Origin: Naegleria gruberi
Taxonomy: Eukaryota
Reading direction: 5' to 3' (one strand)
Length of the DNA: 64,000 nt
Assembly (NCBI GenBank): GCA_000004985.1
Contig: GG738924.1
The notes below the pieces were generated by a model. That model had not been told where the DNA came from. It saw only the letters and a list, made by a program, of their open reading frames with translations, and did no database searches. The position numbers and the translations under genes are program-made. The stretch's first letter is position 1, and every line of letters begins with the position of its first letter. Of the stretch, positions 38,983 through 51,027 are shown piece after piece.

Positions 38983-39936
38983 ATGCAAAAAGATATTTCT
39001 CCTGATCAATTTCGTAGATTGGTTCGGAATGGACAGTTTGAGCATGGTACATCATCAGGATATTGTGAAGGTTGGTTGAATTTTATTGGATGATGGAGTG
39101 GACTATTGAGAATTTTAATAATTATTTTGATGATATGATTAAAGGCTTTATTCAGGCCAATTTGGTCATTCTGCCTTCGGAATATGCAACAGAATTTGAA
39201 GAATTTTGTAAGCTAAATCATCAGCCATGTCCAGTATTGGAGACTCTCAAACCAGGATGTATAAAACCAGAGAAATTAGTATTGAATGAAAATGAATGTG
39301 ATATTAGGAAGGATATTCCAAAATATAGAGTTTTTAAAAAAGGAAAATTGATTGAAGAAACACGTGATGTTACAAAATATTGGAGGGATGATCTGGTAAC
39401 TTTTCTGATTGGATGCAGTTTTTCGTTTGAGAAGGCACTTCAAGCTCATGGAATTGAAATTAGAAATATTACAGAGAAGAGAAATGTATCCATGTACAAG
39501 ACAAATATATTATGCAAGACACAACCAAACTTTAAATATTTGAATCAATCAATTCCAATGGTTGTTTCCATGAGACCTGTAAAACCAGACCAAGTAGAAC
39601 TTGCCAAAGCAATTACTGAACAATTCACAACAACTCACGGAGGACCAATTCATTGTGGAGATCCTAAAGAGATTGGTATTGAGGATTTGAGTAAGGTTGA
39701 CTTTGGAGATTCAGTTACAGTGCATCAAGATGAGATTCCTTGTTTTTGGGCATGTAAGTTTTTAATGATAATGTGAAATTGTTTTTTACATTAATTTAGG
39801 TGGTGTTACAAGCTCAATGGCAGCACTTGCTATTGAGTCAGACATTTGCATTACTCATGCTCCTGGAAATATGTTCATTTCTGACATTAGAGAGCCAATA
39901 ATTTCCCTTAATAAAATTGGAAATGACCGAAAGTAA
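38983..39936 (+). CDS. DUF1445 / D-glutamate cyclase-like (UPF0317) protein, three exons (38983-39070, 39145-39753, 39800-39936)
   Basis: Exon 1 encodes MQKDISPDQFRRLVRNGQFEHGTSSGYCE. A 74-nt intron (GTTGGT...TTAAAG) joins it to (G)FIQANLVILPSEYATEFEEFCKLNHQPCPVLE, which is the family signature. A 46-nt GTAAGT intron joins ...PCFWA|CGVTSSMAALAIESDICITHAPGNMFISD. Confidence 0.65.
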
Positions 39937-40094
39937 AATAAAACAAAATCAATTAACATGTGCACTAACATGTTCTTAAACGCATCCTTGAATACGCATA
40001 CTTCACAGAACTTTTTCGAACTAAACATTACAAGATTCTTATTTGCTCCAATTTTCACATTGTTCGAAAATAACAAAAAACAATCATAAAAAAA

Positions 40095-41909
40095 ATGCAC
40101 AACTTATCTCTGGATGAACTTTTCTGTGTGATGGAGTATTTACCACTCCATGATTTATCAAATGCTCTTCTTGTTTGCAAGGAATGGCACTCTCTGGATC
40201 AATATGAACCATTCTGGAAGATGATTCTTCATCATCATTTAAATGGAAAATTAATTTTATTATTTGATCGAATGGCTTCGAATCATCTTTGGAATATTGG
40301 AAAGGTGAAGGAAACTCTGAAGGGAAATGATGTGAAGAGTAAATATTCACTGTTGAGAGCTTTGAAATCGTGTAAATTGAAGGAAACGACAATTAATTAT
40401 CAAATTGATAAGGCATTGATGAATTCTGTTTGTTTCTCGTATGAGAGTCATATTTTGAAAGATAGAACTGCTTCGAGGGAATCCTTGGGAAGGTTTAGTA
40501 GATTGGAGGAGAGTGAGTTGCAGGAAGTGGAGGAAGTGGAGGATAGGTCATCAATGATTGGAAAACGATTCAAGTATTTGATGGAACGACAATTATTTTC
40601 AAATATTGCAATTACCATCTCAACATTTTTCAATTCGATTCATTATAATAAGCAAATTGGATTTAAGGAATTTTTCAATGTCTTTATGAATGGAGAGGTA
40701 GAGCTCGAGTCTAAACCCAATGAAGATATGTACAAATTACGAATTGAAGTGTTTACTCTATTTTTAAAGAACTATCAAAGACTAGATAATGCAAGCAAAT
40801 ATTGGGAACAAATATTGAATTGTTGTCTTTATGAAATGGCAAAACAGTGTCAAGTTCAGGATTGTGAAAAATTATTGAAGAAAATTATCAATTCTGATGT
40901 TGTGTGTCCTCTTTCCAATACAATGCTTGGATGTGTGTTTAAAGACTTTGAGTATTATGAAGGTATTCTTCCTATAATTACTCAATTGTTTCAAAAGATG
41001 AAAACATATTACGAAATGCCAACATTTTCTGGTAATTTTAATTTTAATTATCGTGATGGCATTTCAAAGGCCAATGATATTGTGAAAAGATTAAGATATT
41101 TGGAAAACTTCAAATCTGAACAAGAGATAATTGAGCAATATATGGTCGATTTGTTTCGAATTTGTACTAGTTTGATTTCTACAGATGACCAGAACAATTT
41201 TATAGACGAAATTTTGAGAGTGTACCCTTCTATGGATCTACTCAAGTTCCCTTTTAAAGAAGGTTTCTTTGTAGTTGACAAGGTTATTGAAGTTGCCAAC
41301 AGAAAAGGCATTCAGTATCCATTCGAAAGTATTCAACAGGCGCTCACTGAAGGTACATCCCTAACAGACACAGCCTCAATAATTCGCTACATTAGAGATC
41401 ACTTTAAAATGGACATTTATGAGATTCAGAAAAGAACTCAATTCTTCATCAATTTTTTATGGCAACAAATTAACTCTTACCAAACATTTGATCATTTAAA
41501 AGAAGGATTCAATGGTGTATTCTTGCCCTCAGAATTTCCAATTGACTTGAATAGATTATTAGAGGTTACAGAAAACCCTGATTCGATTTGGAGAAGATTT
41601 AAATCTTTAGTCAACTTTTCATTTGATGGAACAGATGGTTTGCTGTATTTGAATGAAATATTCACGCCAACTATTTTCAATGTGGAAACTCTCTCTGCTT
41701 GTGTTAATAACTGTTATGATTCTGATATTCGTCAAGTACTTTACAATATCACCATGTTTGACGAGAATGAGAAATTAAGTGACCATGTTGAAAAGATGCT
41801 GCAAGAGAAAGATTGGTCCGATTTCACAGATACAGATCATGGCCAATATCCAATTTCAGATCCAAAGCATTTGATTGCTCTCTATAGAATGTGCATGCAT
41901 GATGATTGA
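40095..41909 (+). CDS. F-box protein (604 aa)
   Basis: The N-terminus LSLDELFCVMEYLPLHDLSNALLVCKEWHSL is a canonical F-box. The rest has no recognised domain. Confidence 0.55.
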   Translation: MHNLSLDELFCVMEYLPLHDLSNALLVCKEWHSLDQYEPFWKMILHHHLNGKLILLFDRMASNHLWNIGKVKETLKGNDVKSKYSLLRALKSCKLKETTINYQIDKALMNSVCFSYESHILKDRTASRESLGRFSRLEESELQEVEEVEDRSSMIGKRFKYLMERQLFSNIAITISTFFNSIHYNKQIGFKEFFNVFMNGEVELESKPNEDMYKLRIEVFTLFLKNYQRLDNASKYWEQILNCCLYEMAKQCQVQDCEKLLKKIINSDVVCPLSNTMLGCVFKDFEYYEGILPIITQLFQKMKTYYEMPTFSGNFNFNYRDGISKANDIVKRLRYLENFKSEQEIIEQYMVDLFRICTSLISTDDQNNFIDEILRVYPSMDLLKFPFKEGFFVVDKVIEVANRKGIQYPFESIQQALTEGTSLTDTASIIRYIRDHFKMDIYEIQKRTQFFINFLWQQINSYQTFDHLKEGFNGVFLPSEFPIDLNRLLEVTENPDSIWRRFKSLVNFSFDGTDGLLYLNEIFTPTIFNVETLSACVNNCYDSDIRQVLYNITMFDENEKLSDHVEKMLQEKDWSDFTDTDHGQYPISDPKHLIALYRMCMHDD

Positions 41910-43190
41910 GCATTTTCAATTATTATCCTAAATAGTTTCCACTCTTTGGAAATTGTTGAGTTCAAATTGAAAGAGATCGGATTGCTACACTGCATTTCTT
42001 TTTATTTTTTTCATGATCTTTTTAAATATTTAATAATTATTGTAAAGTATTAAATAATTATTACAATATTTTTTGTATACACGCAAAGTTCAAGATGAAC
42101 TCTAGAGATAATCACACATATTCATAGATCTTTTTCAAATAGAAAATTCCACTCTAGTCAACTCTTTCCTGATTTTGATTCGTCTTGACTTTTTCAAGAT
42201 TTACTCGAATTGTCTTCCTTAGATTTTGTAAACTTTTTCAAGGCATTAGCTATTAATGTTTGGAATCAATCTGTCAAGTGTTGAGCAAAAATGTAACAAA
42301 AAATCGAGGTTTGTAGTTTTTCTATTTAAAAGTTCAGTTTCAAATAGACTAAGGGTGAAATATGAATCGGTTTGTTTCGAATACAACACCATGAAATTGC
42401 GCAAGGAAACAAGTTTTTGTCAATCAGCTACATAACGGTCCAAGAAATCTCTGTCAAAATTATAAAGATATCTTGCATGTTGGTGAATTGAAAAAAAAGC
42501 AATTATTCTAACTGCTTTCTTGTAGACGAAATATTGTACGAAAGTCAATAGGACAACTTTCTCTGAAGAACGAACAACAAGTAGTAACTGCACCACCAGA
42601 CAATTACCTCAATATCGCTCACAGACAGATTCAACCAACTCAAAGCACCATTGTCCAAACACTACCTTTCTAACAAATTTGATACTATCAGAAACTTTAG
42701 AAATCCAATTGTAAAAATAGATCCCACTATCATTCCAAATCATACACAACCCTCTTTCTAATCTGTCCAAACAAATTACTCATTTGTAGTCGGGTGTATC
42801 TTTTTCAAAATTTAGTAAGTAACGAATAACAATTAAAATATCAGAAAACCTCAACTAAGTAGCTATATATACAATACGCAACGAATACTTGCTGTAAAAC
42901 AACACAACAACAACACACAACTACTTACTACCTCAATATTGTTTTGTTGTTGTTTGAGATCTCGCTTTGTTACTATATTAATAGAATCTTTGCTTTGAAA
43001 AAAAAACAAGCAACATCAAACACTTGCGAATTCATCACATACAACGCAGAGAGTTTTTCAATATAAAGAAAATATACACCACTTTGAAAGTATTCTCTCT
43101 TCCCGCCCGCAGATTTTGTGTTACTAATTACTCAATAAGAATAATAATAATTGTATCCTTTGAATTTTCATTTAAATCAGAATAGAAAGA

Positions 43191-43868
43191 ATGGTCATCT
43201 TACAACTCAAGAAGATTATGGTCAATTCATCAGCATCATCGACATTGAATAATTCAGTGTCGTCACCACTGCATGCTGTTTCTGCCACTAACCACCACAC
43301 AACAACAACAAGTTTTGAATCATCCTCCAACCATTGTAAATCTTCCACTCCTTTTCTTGATTCATTTTCCTCTGCCTCAATGATTTCATCCAATGAATTA
43401 TTCAAAGATAGATTGGATTTGAAAAAGAAAAAACAACTCTCACTTAATAATTATCAAACATCCTCTCCAACTCTTAATGTTCAACTGACTCCTAGTACTC
43501 CTACAACTCCTCATTCACCAAGTCATTTGGCTCATTCTCCCAGAAATGGAAAGCAGCCACGGTCTCGAATGCAAACTACTGGAATCCATCTGAAAGAAAA
43601 AGTCATTGAAGAAATACCTAGTGTTTTTGATGTTTGTTTTGCAACAGATTTGAAAAAGGAATCCTCTCATCAATCTGGAACAATTCTGGAGAGTGATGAA
43701 CTGAAGCAATTGCAAGATACTCTATTGGCAGAGTATTGCAAACTCAGACCAGTCACCGTTCAGGTTGATAGAGAACAACGAGCTGACAAGACAGCTGTCT
43801 GCTCAATGAAACCACTCATTTCAATAACTCTTCAATTGCCCCATCTCAGTAGAAAGAAGAGAAACTAA
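43191..43868 (+). CDS. Hypothetical Ser/Thr-rich protein (225 aa)
   Basis: ORF from an ATG with a low-complexity N-terminus. Confidence is low. Confidence 0.35.
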   Translation: MVILQLKKIMVNSSASSTLNNSVSSPLHAVSATNHHTTTTSFESSSNHCKSSTPFLDSFSSASMISSNELFKDRLDLKKKKQLSLNNYQTSSPTLNVQLTPSTPTTPHSPSHLAHSPRNGKQPRSRMQTTGIHLKEKVIEEIPSVFDVCFATDLKKESSHQSGTILESDELKQLQDTLLAEYCKLRPVTVQVDREQRADKTAVCSMKPLISITLQLPHLSRKKRN

Positions 43869-44972
43869 TAATAAATTATTCTAACTTGATGATAATTTCA
43901 GTGACGCAATTTTGTTATTCCAAATAAGTCTCGATTTCAAAAATGTTCTTCCATCCAATACAATCCCTTTTCTCATTCTTCTTTTAATGGAACTTGTTAT
44001 AGCAAAACCATTTGGAATTGAGCACTGTAATGTTTAATTGACTTGTATAATGTTTGGACAGGTCACGCCAACCAATAAAAATTTACCAGAAAACTTGAAA
44101 AGTTACCTTACTCAAATCAAATTATTGGTCCATTTATGGTCCATGTTTGGTAATAAAAAACGATTGAGGAAAAGGGACCCTTAATGAAAGAGCCACAAAA
44201 ACTCCGTAAAAAGCAAAGCATGTAGCACTGAATTTGCCAGTGGATCATTCATTATTGAAGATTAACACAGTAAATATTCCAATGCTCAGTCATCCAAAAA
44301 ATTAAATACATACTCTGTGAACAATAGTTGAACAAAATTGCAAATGTTTCCTCGATTACAATAGAAACTCCACGATAACACTCAATGGTTAAAAGGTTTC
44401 TATTTAATTGTCATACATTACAATCATCTTCCAATTCATAGATTTTTTCTTCAAAGAATTGAAACACCTCAATTCGAATCAATCCTACTTGCTTGTAGTT
44501 GATCATCACAGTAATCGTACTTAATTGCCCTCAATACTATTGAATTACAGAGAACAGACATTAATATGATAAACCAATTAAGCCCTGCTATTCAAATAAC
44601 CGCCAATATGTTGTAACACCCATTGCCAAACTTTGTTATTTTGTTTGTTTCAGCTCATGGAGTGTTGCTTTGCACTCCCGATCTCTCTTTCGTGGAACCC
44701 TGTATAATGAAAGCTGAGACAAGATATTTAATGGTTGTGATTGGGAACATTTCGGAAGTGGATTGTATGCAACCTTTACTTCTCTCTCTTCCATCATACA
44801 ATAGATATTTGAAAGAAGTCCAAAGTAATGAACATTGTTGGTAAAATTAACTCTGTTTCATTGGAGTATGAACAAGGGATTATAATTTTTTTGTGGTAAG
44901 ACACCTTTGTATGTATGTTCTTCAAAGAACACAGCAAGGTAGAACCAAATTCCCCGCAACATCGATTCAGCT

Positions 44973-46822
44973 ATGAAAGAAAAAAAAAGTATGCAAAGAC
45001 GCCACTACAAATCCAGCATACGGCAAACAGGGAAAAGTGGCGCATCAATTAAAGGAGCAACATTTGGCAATCAACACCACCACTGTAATGATACTACTAA
45101 TAACAATTTTACATCACCATCAATAACAACTACAACGTTACAACATCATAGTAAACCAATAGTGATTCGCAAGTCACAAAATACTGAATGGAGTTGCCAT
45201 CACCAACAAAGCCAACAATTAATGCTCTCTCCTTCCAATGCTGATGATTCGGAAGATAGTACGAGTCTCATGGAAGAGGAAGAGGATCCTTCATCAGTGC
45301 TCGAATGTACAGCCACTTCAACATCTTCAATAACAACAACAACATCGATAACCTCTTCAATACTTTCATCACAAGTTGTCTCTTCTTGCAGCACTACAAT
45401 TAACCCATTCGCATCATTTGCTCTTCTTCCTCCGATTAGTAAGTTATTGATTCATCCTTCTATTTTACTCAGCATTGAACCCAATTAGAAAATAGTCCTT
45501 CCCAATCCATTCTTCCAGAAACTACTACTACTACTACTACCGATAAACCCCAACCACTCAACATTCTTGCATTCAATCCAATCCTTAATTCAATTCACGA
45601 CGAACATGAATTGTTAAAGACCTTTAAGAAAGCTCAATCTTCACCACAATCACTCATATCAACTATTTTCAATTCATTCATAATGGAAACTCTATCCGAA
45701 TATCCAACTGATGGAACTTTTGATTTTGGGTGGACGAATCCAAATACTACTGTACCGAATTCTCCTGTTGCTTCTCCTTCCACTTCCCCTCTCGAGTTGG
45801 CTAGTCCATCCAACAACAATAATAGCTTACTGAGATTTGCCTTGACTAGCAATTTACCTTCTGCCATGCAATCGGATGAAACCAATCCAAAACCACTCTC
45901 CACCAAACTTGTACAAACACTTGTGAGACACCAAGAAGAAGCAAACTCTGGTCCATTCCCAATACTGGACCCAAATGCTGTGCCTGACGAACCATTCTTC
46001 ACCTCATTCGAAACTATGAATGATTTGTTGAAGGAACATGAACGAGGTGATTTGGAATCATTCCTCCTTGCCTTACCACCTGTGAAGAAGTGTTTATGTG
46101 ATAGAAAGGCCCTCCACTGTTGTGTCTGTGGCCACGTAGGTTATGGGACAGCAAAAGATTTGTATCTGCCCAACTTGTCTACTGGTATAACTCAATCGAG
46201 ACGCCTCTTGCTACCATCTCTCAGTTCCACACTGAAAGGTAAAAAGCTGATAGCCGAAAAGAAGAAAGACCTCATGATGGACGTGTACAGAAAATCCCAA
46301 TCATCCATGATGAATGCAAGATTCCCAATTTTCCTCTCCATTTCCCATCCTGGCCACCTCCAACCTCCTTCAACGCCAGCTCCAAAACTCACCATCCCAG
46401 GAACTTTTTGTTGTGGCATGACCTATGAGATTTTTGTAAAGGTTTTTATTGCAAAACATTCACAATACAAGCAATTCTCCTCCATTGAACAAATGATGGA
46501 TATTAAGAGAGATTGGTTCTGTGAGAAGGAAGACGAAGATGATGAAACCTACAAACAAGGTTGTTACAAGGCACTCATGACACGAAATTTGGGAATACAT
46601 GTCGAGTCAATTAGTGATGCTATAAAGGGTGATTTCATTCAGTTCTGGAGGCATAACGGTACAGGTCATAGTGTTATTTTCAATAGCTTGAGTGAGGATG
46701 GTACTGAATTCGAGTATTGGTCCTCACAACGATCAACCAAAGGGCTGGGCTTCAACAAGGAAAATGTCTCTTCCATAACAAACTTTTACATTGTAAGATT
46801 AAAAGATGAACCAGCTGTTTAA
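44973..46822 (+). CDS. Hypothetical protein, two exons (44973-45438, 45519-46822)
   Basis: Track ORFs 44973-45488 and 45611-46822 are joined by an 80-nt intron with a GTAAGT donor at 45439 and a TTCCAG acceptor ending at 45518. The phase is consistent (exon 1 ends ATT A, exon 2 starts AA ACT..., which encodes a poly-Thr stretch). Confidence 0.5.
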
Positions 46823-47069
46823 TATTATTTTCATCATAATAATAACTTAAAGTTTACCATCATGATCTCTTTACCTTTTAACGTATGTTTCTAATAATCA
46901 TTGGAATGGGAATGGTACTTTCCAAGAATATGATTCCTTTAAAAAACGAAATTCCTTACTTGGAAATTTCTCATTTTCAAAACTACTTTCAAAAAATTAG
47001 ACGAATACGCTTTGCACAAGAAACTAGTTTCAAAAAGCACTTGTTTGAAGTCAATCCTGCTAAGAAGAA

Positions 47070-50000
47070 ATGGAACTCACCCTATTAACATTCAATTTGA
47101 TATTTGGCACTTCCCTTATCATTCTCTATCTGGTAGGATTGGTAGCTTGGAAATATTACGATAAGAAACAACGACTTTTCAGAAAGGATATTCTCAAGAG
47201 AGTTTCTCGTCATGTCAATTCTACTCGAAAGGGAGAACATCACGTCAGCCAACATGAACCTCTTGAATCCTCTCCTCCTATAGTTATCTTTCCACTCTCA
47301 AGACAAGAAATTTATCCATACGAAAAGCAAGAAACTTTCCCCTCTCAAACCCACACTCCATCCTCGCATAGGATAAGAAGAAGTTCTATCGACTGTACTC
47401 ATTTACATCAATCGTTGCACTCGTCCACTTCATTACACTACGATCATCACAAGTGGATTAAAATAATGTGGGATTTATACGAATTACTTCCACCAGTGCC
47501 TTATTTGAGTGTATTGATTCAGTATTTGAGTGATCCTGTGGTGTTTGTTGAGAGATGTGCAAAGATTTATGGTCCTTGCTTTTCAATTTATGCTTGGTTT
47601 GGTATCAAGTGGACTTTTATGGTGGGACCAGATTCGAATAGAATTTTCTTTTCAGATATTGAGGGAAAACAATCGAATTTGTTTAATCCTTTAATTGATT
47701 ATAGTAAAGCTTCTGAAATGTTGAATAAGGCATTTGAGAGAAGTGACATCTTGCCAAGAAACCATCAAATTTGCTTGCCTTTCATTTCCAGAAGAGTGAG
47801 ATGGCATCCACTTGAAAACGAACCTGAACTAAAGGAGGAGCCAATCTCCAAGAAACAACTATTAACTGAAAAAGAACATTTGAAACAAATGCTTCATGAA
47901 GGTTTCTCCTCCATTCAACCACTCTCTGAATTTGTTTTAGAAAATATTCGAAAGGAAGTCAAAAGCTCACTCTTCCACCTCAATCACATCAATTTGGATT
48001 TTGTTGATAAGAATGAAATGCCAGCCATAGCCGAAGCAGATCTAGAAACTCCAAAGCAATTATTTGGCATTACGAAGACATTTTCACCGAAGGTTTAAAG
48101 AAGCAACAATTCAATGATCAAGTTTTAGTGATGGGTGACGTTTTTTCACACATGTCTCGATTTGTTATCAAGTCAGTGTTGAGAAGCATCTTTGGATCAA
48201 CTTTTGCCAAGAGTCATGGTGATGAGTTGTCAGAAATTGTTTCAACTTTGCAAGTTTCTTGTTGTGATCCATTAATGATGTGTTATTATAACTTTTTTAG
48301 GTTTAAACTGTTAGAAAATGTTTGGGTTCCTAATAAGGTTTATGAAATTGAATTGAAGAAGAAGAGATTACACGAATTATTGTTCAGAGAAATTGAGAGA
48401 CATGTCAAAATTTATCAATTTAACATGACAAATGCCAGCACTAAGAAACCATGCTTGAAGAATACCAATTATGCTAACAATTCTCTTAAAACATATGGCT
48501 GCTACATGGACTATGTCTTGGAAAATCTTGGACCTAACCTTTCCAAATATGGATCCACAATTGAGCACACCATGTCCATCTACGCCATTCACTTTGAAGA
48601 ATTGATTCTCTCTGTTCACAAACATGAAGTAACCAACCTATCCTGGACAATCTGTCACTTGGCACAAGATCAATCCCTCCAAGATAAGGTAAGAAAGGAA
48701 ATCTTCCAATTTCAAGATGAATTGAAAAATCAAATGACCAGTTTAATTTCACAGAAAACAGATACAGAAGAGTATTTGAGCAAATTTGATCATTTGAATG
48801 GAGTAATGAATGATAATAACTTTGATGAGCCTAGAAAGGAGCTTTTGGAAGGTATTCATACACTCAAAAAGGAAGATTTGGATTTGCTCAATAGGGTGAA
48901 TAGCATGGACGAAACCCCACCGACAACATTTTCTGCCAATGATATTTCAGATCCATTTGCTTCACATACTTCATTGGATACAATTCCATCTGAGAGTATT
49001 GGTACTCTTTCAAGTGCTCCTTCCTCACCGGTTGGTTTCGTTCCCTCTCCATTTTCTCGTTCGAATGATGAGTTGAAAGAGAATACATTCCCTTCAGATC
49101 AAGATACAATTAATTATACTGAGGAGCAAATTATTACTGGAGAATTGATTCCTCCTCACTATTTGAATGTCAATAGAACAGTATCTCCATCCAAGACAGA
49201 ACAATTAACATTGCCAAATATGGATAATTTGAGTTTGGCTGCTCAAGCACCAATGCAATCTATTGCTCAATCCAAGAATTATGATTTCAATGTGGAGACT
49301 ATTAGTCCAGATCTTGTACATAAGGGATTGGTTCAAAAGAAACTCTTGTTCAATGCTTTATTTGTTGAAAGTGTTCTTTCTTCCAGTTTCGACAAGCAAT
49401 TCGAATCCATGCACCACTCAGGCCTCCTCAATCCAGATGAAAACAACCTCAGACTCCTAGACGCATGCTTTAAAGAAACTACTCGTCAATATTCTTTGAA
49501 ATTCATGACAGGCAAGACGACCAAACTAGACTTTAGAACTCTTCGTTATTTCAATTATGACATTCCGAGCGGACAATTCGTTTCCATCGTTCCATACTTT
49601 TCACATCACTCGAAGGAATATTTCCCATTCGAAACTCATACCTACAGACCAGAAAGATTCTTGGAATTGTATCACCCAGATGAGAAGGAAGAAACTCCAA
49701 CCATTGAAGTTTCGAATAGTGACACTGAGAAACAACAAGTACTTCGTGGTGGACCATCTGAAGTTTCTGAATTATCCTTCAACAAGTCCAATTCCATTGA
49801 AGAAGATCGCTCCTTAATGAACAAATTGAGAGTTGACCAAGCATTCACTCAATACGGATATGTTCCTTGCAAATCCCATCAACAAATTGTCAAGAATGGT
49901 GAATCTATCGAAAGTAACACTAGTGTTCTATTGGATACTTGTTTGGGTTGTAATTTCATTCATCTTTCGAGTAGAGTTTTCGTTATTGAACTTTTAACTC

Positions 50001-50128
50001 ATTACAAGGTGGAAATTCCTCAATGGCAAAAAGCTGATGTTTCATCCAACAGATATTTAAGTTCTGAGAGTCATGATTGTGCATTCCCTATTCATCCAGT
50101 TGCTCTCGTCCTCAATCCATTCCTCTAA
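47070..50128 (+). CDS. Cytochrome-P450-like protein, probably two exons (47070-48092, 48173-50128) with a long Ser-rich insertion
   Basis: There is an N-terminal TM anchor. The P450 N-terminal region reads LPPVPYLSVLIQYLSDPVVFVERCAKIYGPCFSIYAWFGIKWTFMVGPD. The K-helix motif is ETTRQY, followed by YRPERFL (the PERF motif) and a degenerate Cys region LLDTCLGCNF. The two track ORFs join in phase through an 80-nt intron (GTTTAA donor at 48093, ATCAAG acceptor ending at 48172). Confidence 0.5.
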
Positions 50129-50239
50129 AAACTCATTTATTAGATTATTTAATTCTCATTGTAAAGTAGTATTTAATTTTCATCAAATAAGGAAATTCAA
50201 TAAAATACAAAAAAAACTATTAAGAAACAACAAAAAAAA

Positions 50240-50512
50240 ATGCTTTCAAATATTTGTCATAATATGGGTGTTTCCGAGAGTGATTGGAACAAGATGGACC
50301 ACAACTTGGCCACTTGCAACATCTCCGATGAAGACACTTTAAATTCATTCAATAGATATCAAGATTACTCACCACTCACTAAGACAGTGATGGGAAGTAT
50401 TAAGATTGATACCTCCATGAAGGAAGATGCCGTTTTGAAGAGATATTTCAAATTTAAGGAAGGCACGGTGCAGTTGAAGATTACTAGAGAGTTTCAAGAA
50501 AAGTTAGAGTAG
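50240..50512 (+). CDS. Small hypothetical protein (90 aa)
   Basis: ORF from an ATG. A GTAGGT lies at the stop, so it may be the first exon of a longer gene. Confidence 0.3.
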   Translation: MLSNICHNMGVSESDWNKMDHNLATCNISDEDTLNSFNRYQDYSPLTKTVMGSIKIDTSMKEDAVLKRYFKFKEGTVQLKITREFQEKLE

Positions 50513-51027
50513 GTTTTTATGAAGAATTGATTTGATAATTATTATGTTTTGTATTTTCGGAATTTTATATTAATTTTGAATATGATTTTCTAATTGATGA
50601 TGTAATGGAATTTTAAATTGTATTGAATTGAAAAAGAACCATTGATGAGGTTTCGAGTGTTTTAGTTTCGTTTTTCCCTCAATTCTTTTGTCTTGAGGTT
50701 ACGTGCTCACCAGCAAATTTTGAAATAGTGGAAGAAAAGCTGAAGGAGGATATTGAAAGTGGATGGGTAAGATTATTGGTTTTGGATCCTCTTTCTGATG
50801 ACGACGAAGAGGAATAATTGTTTTAAACATTTAAATAATTTGTAAATAATATTAATACCATCAACTCTTCAATTAATTCAATAACAATTAATTCAATTAT
50901 TGAATTAATCAGATTTTGTATGAATCAATATGATTTCTCCATGGATCATCGGTTCCTTTCCGAATACCTTCCGATTCCCAAAGATTGTTTTATTATAAAA
51001 TTGAATTAATTTTACAATAAAAAAACA

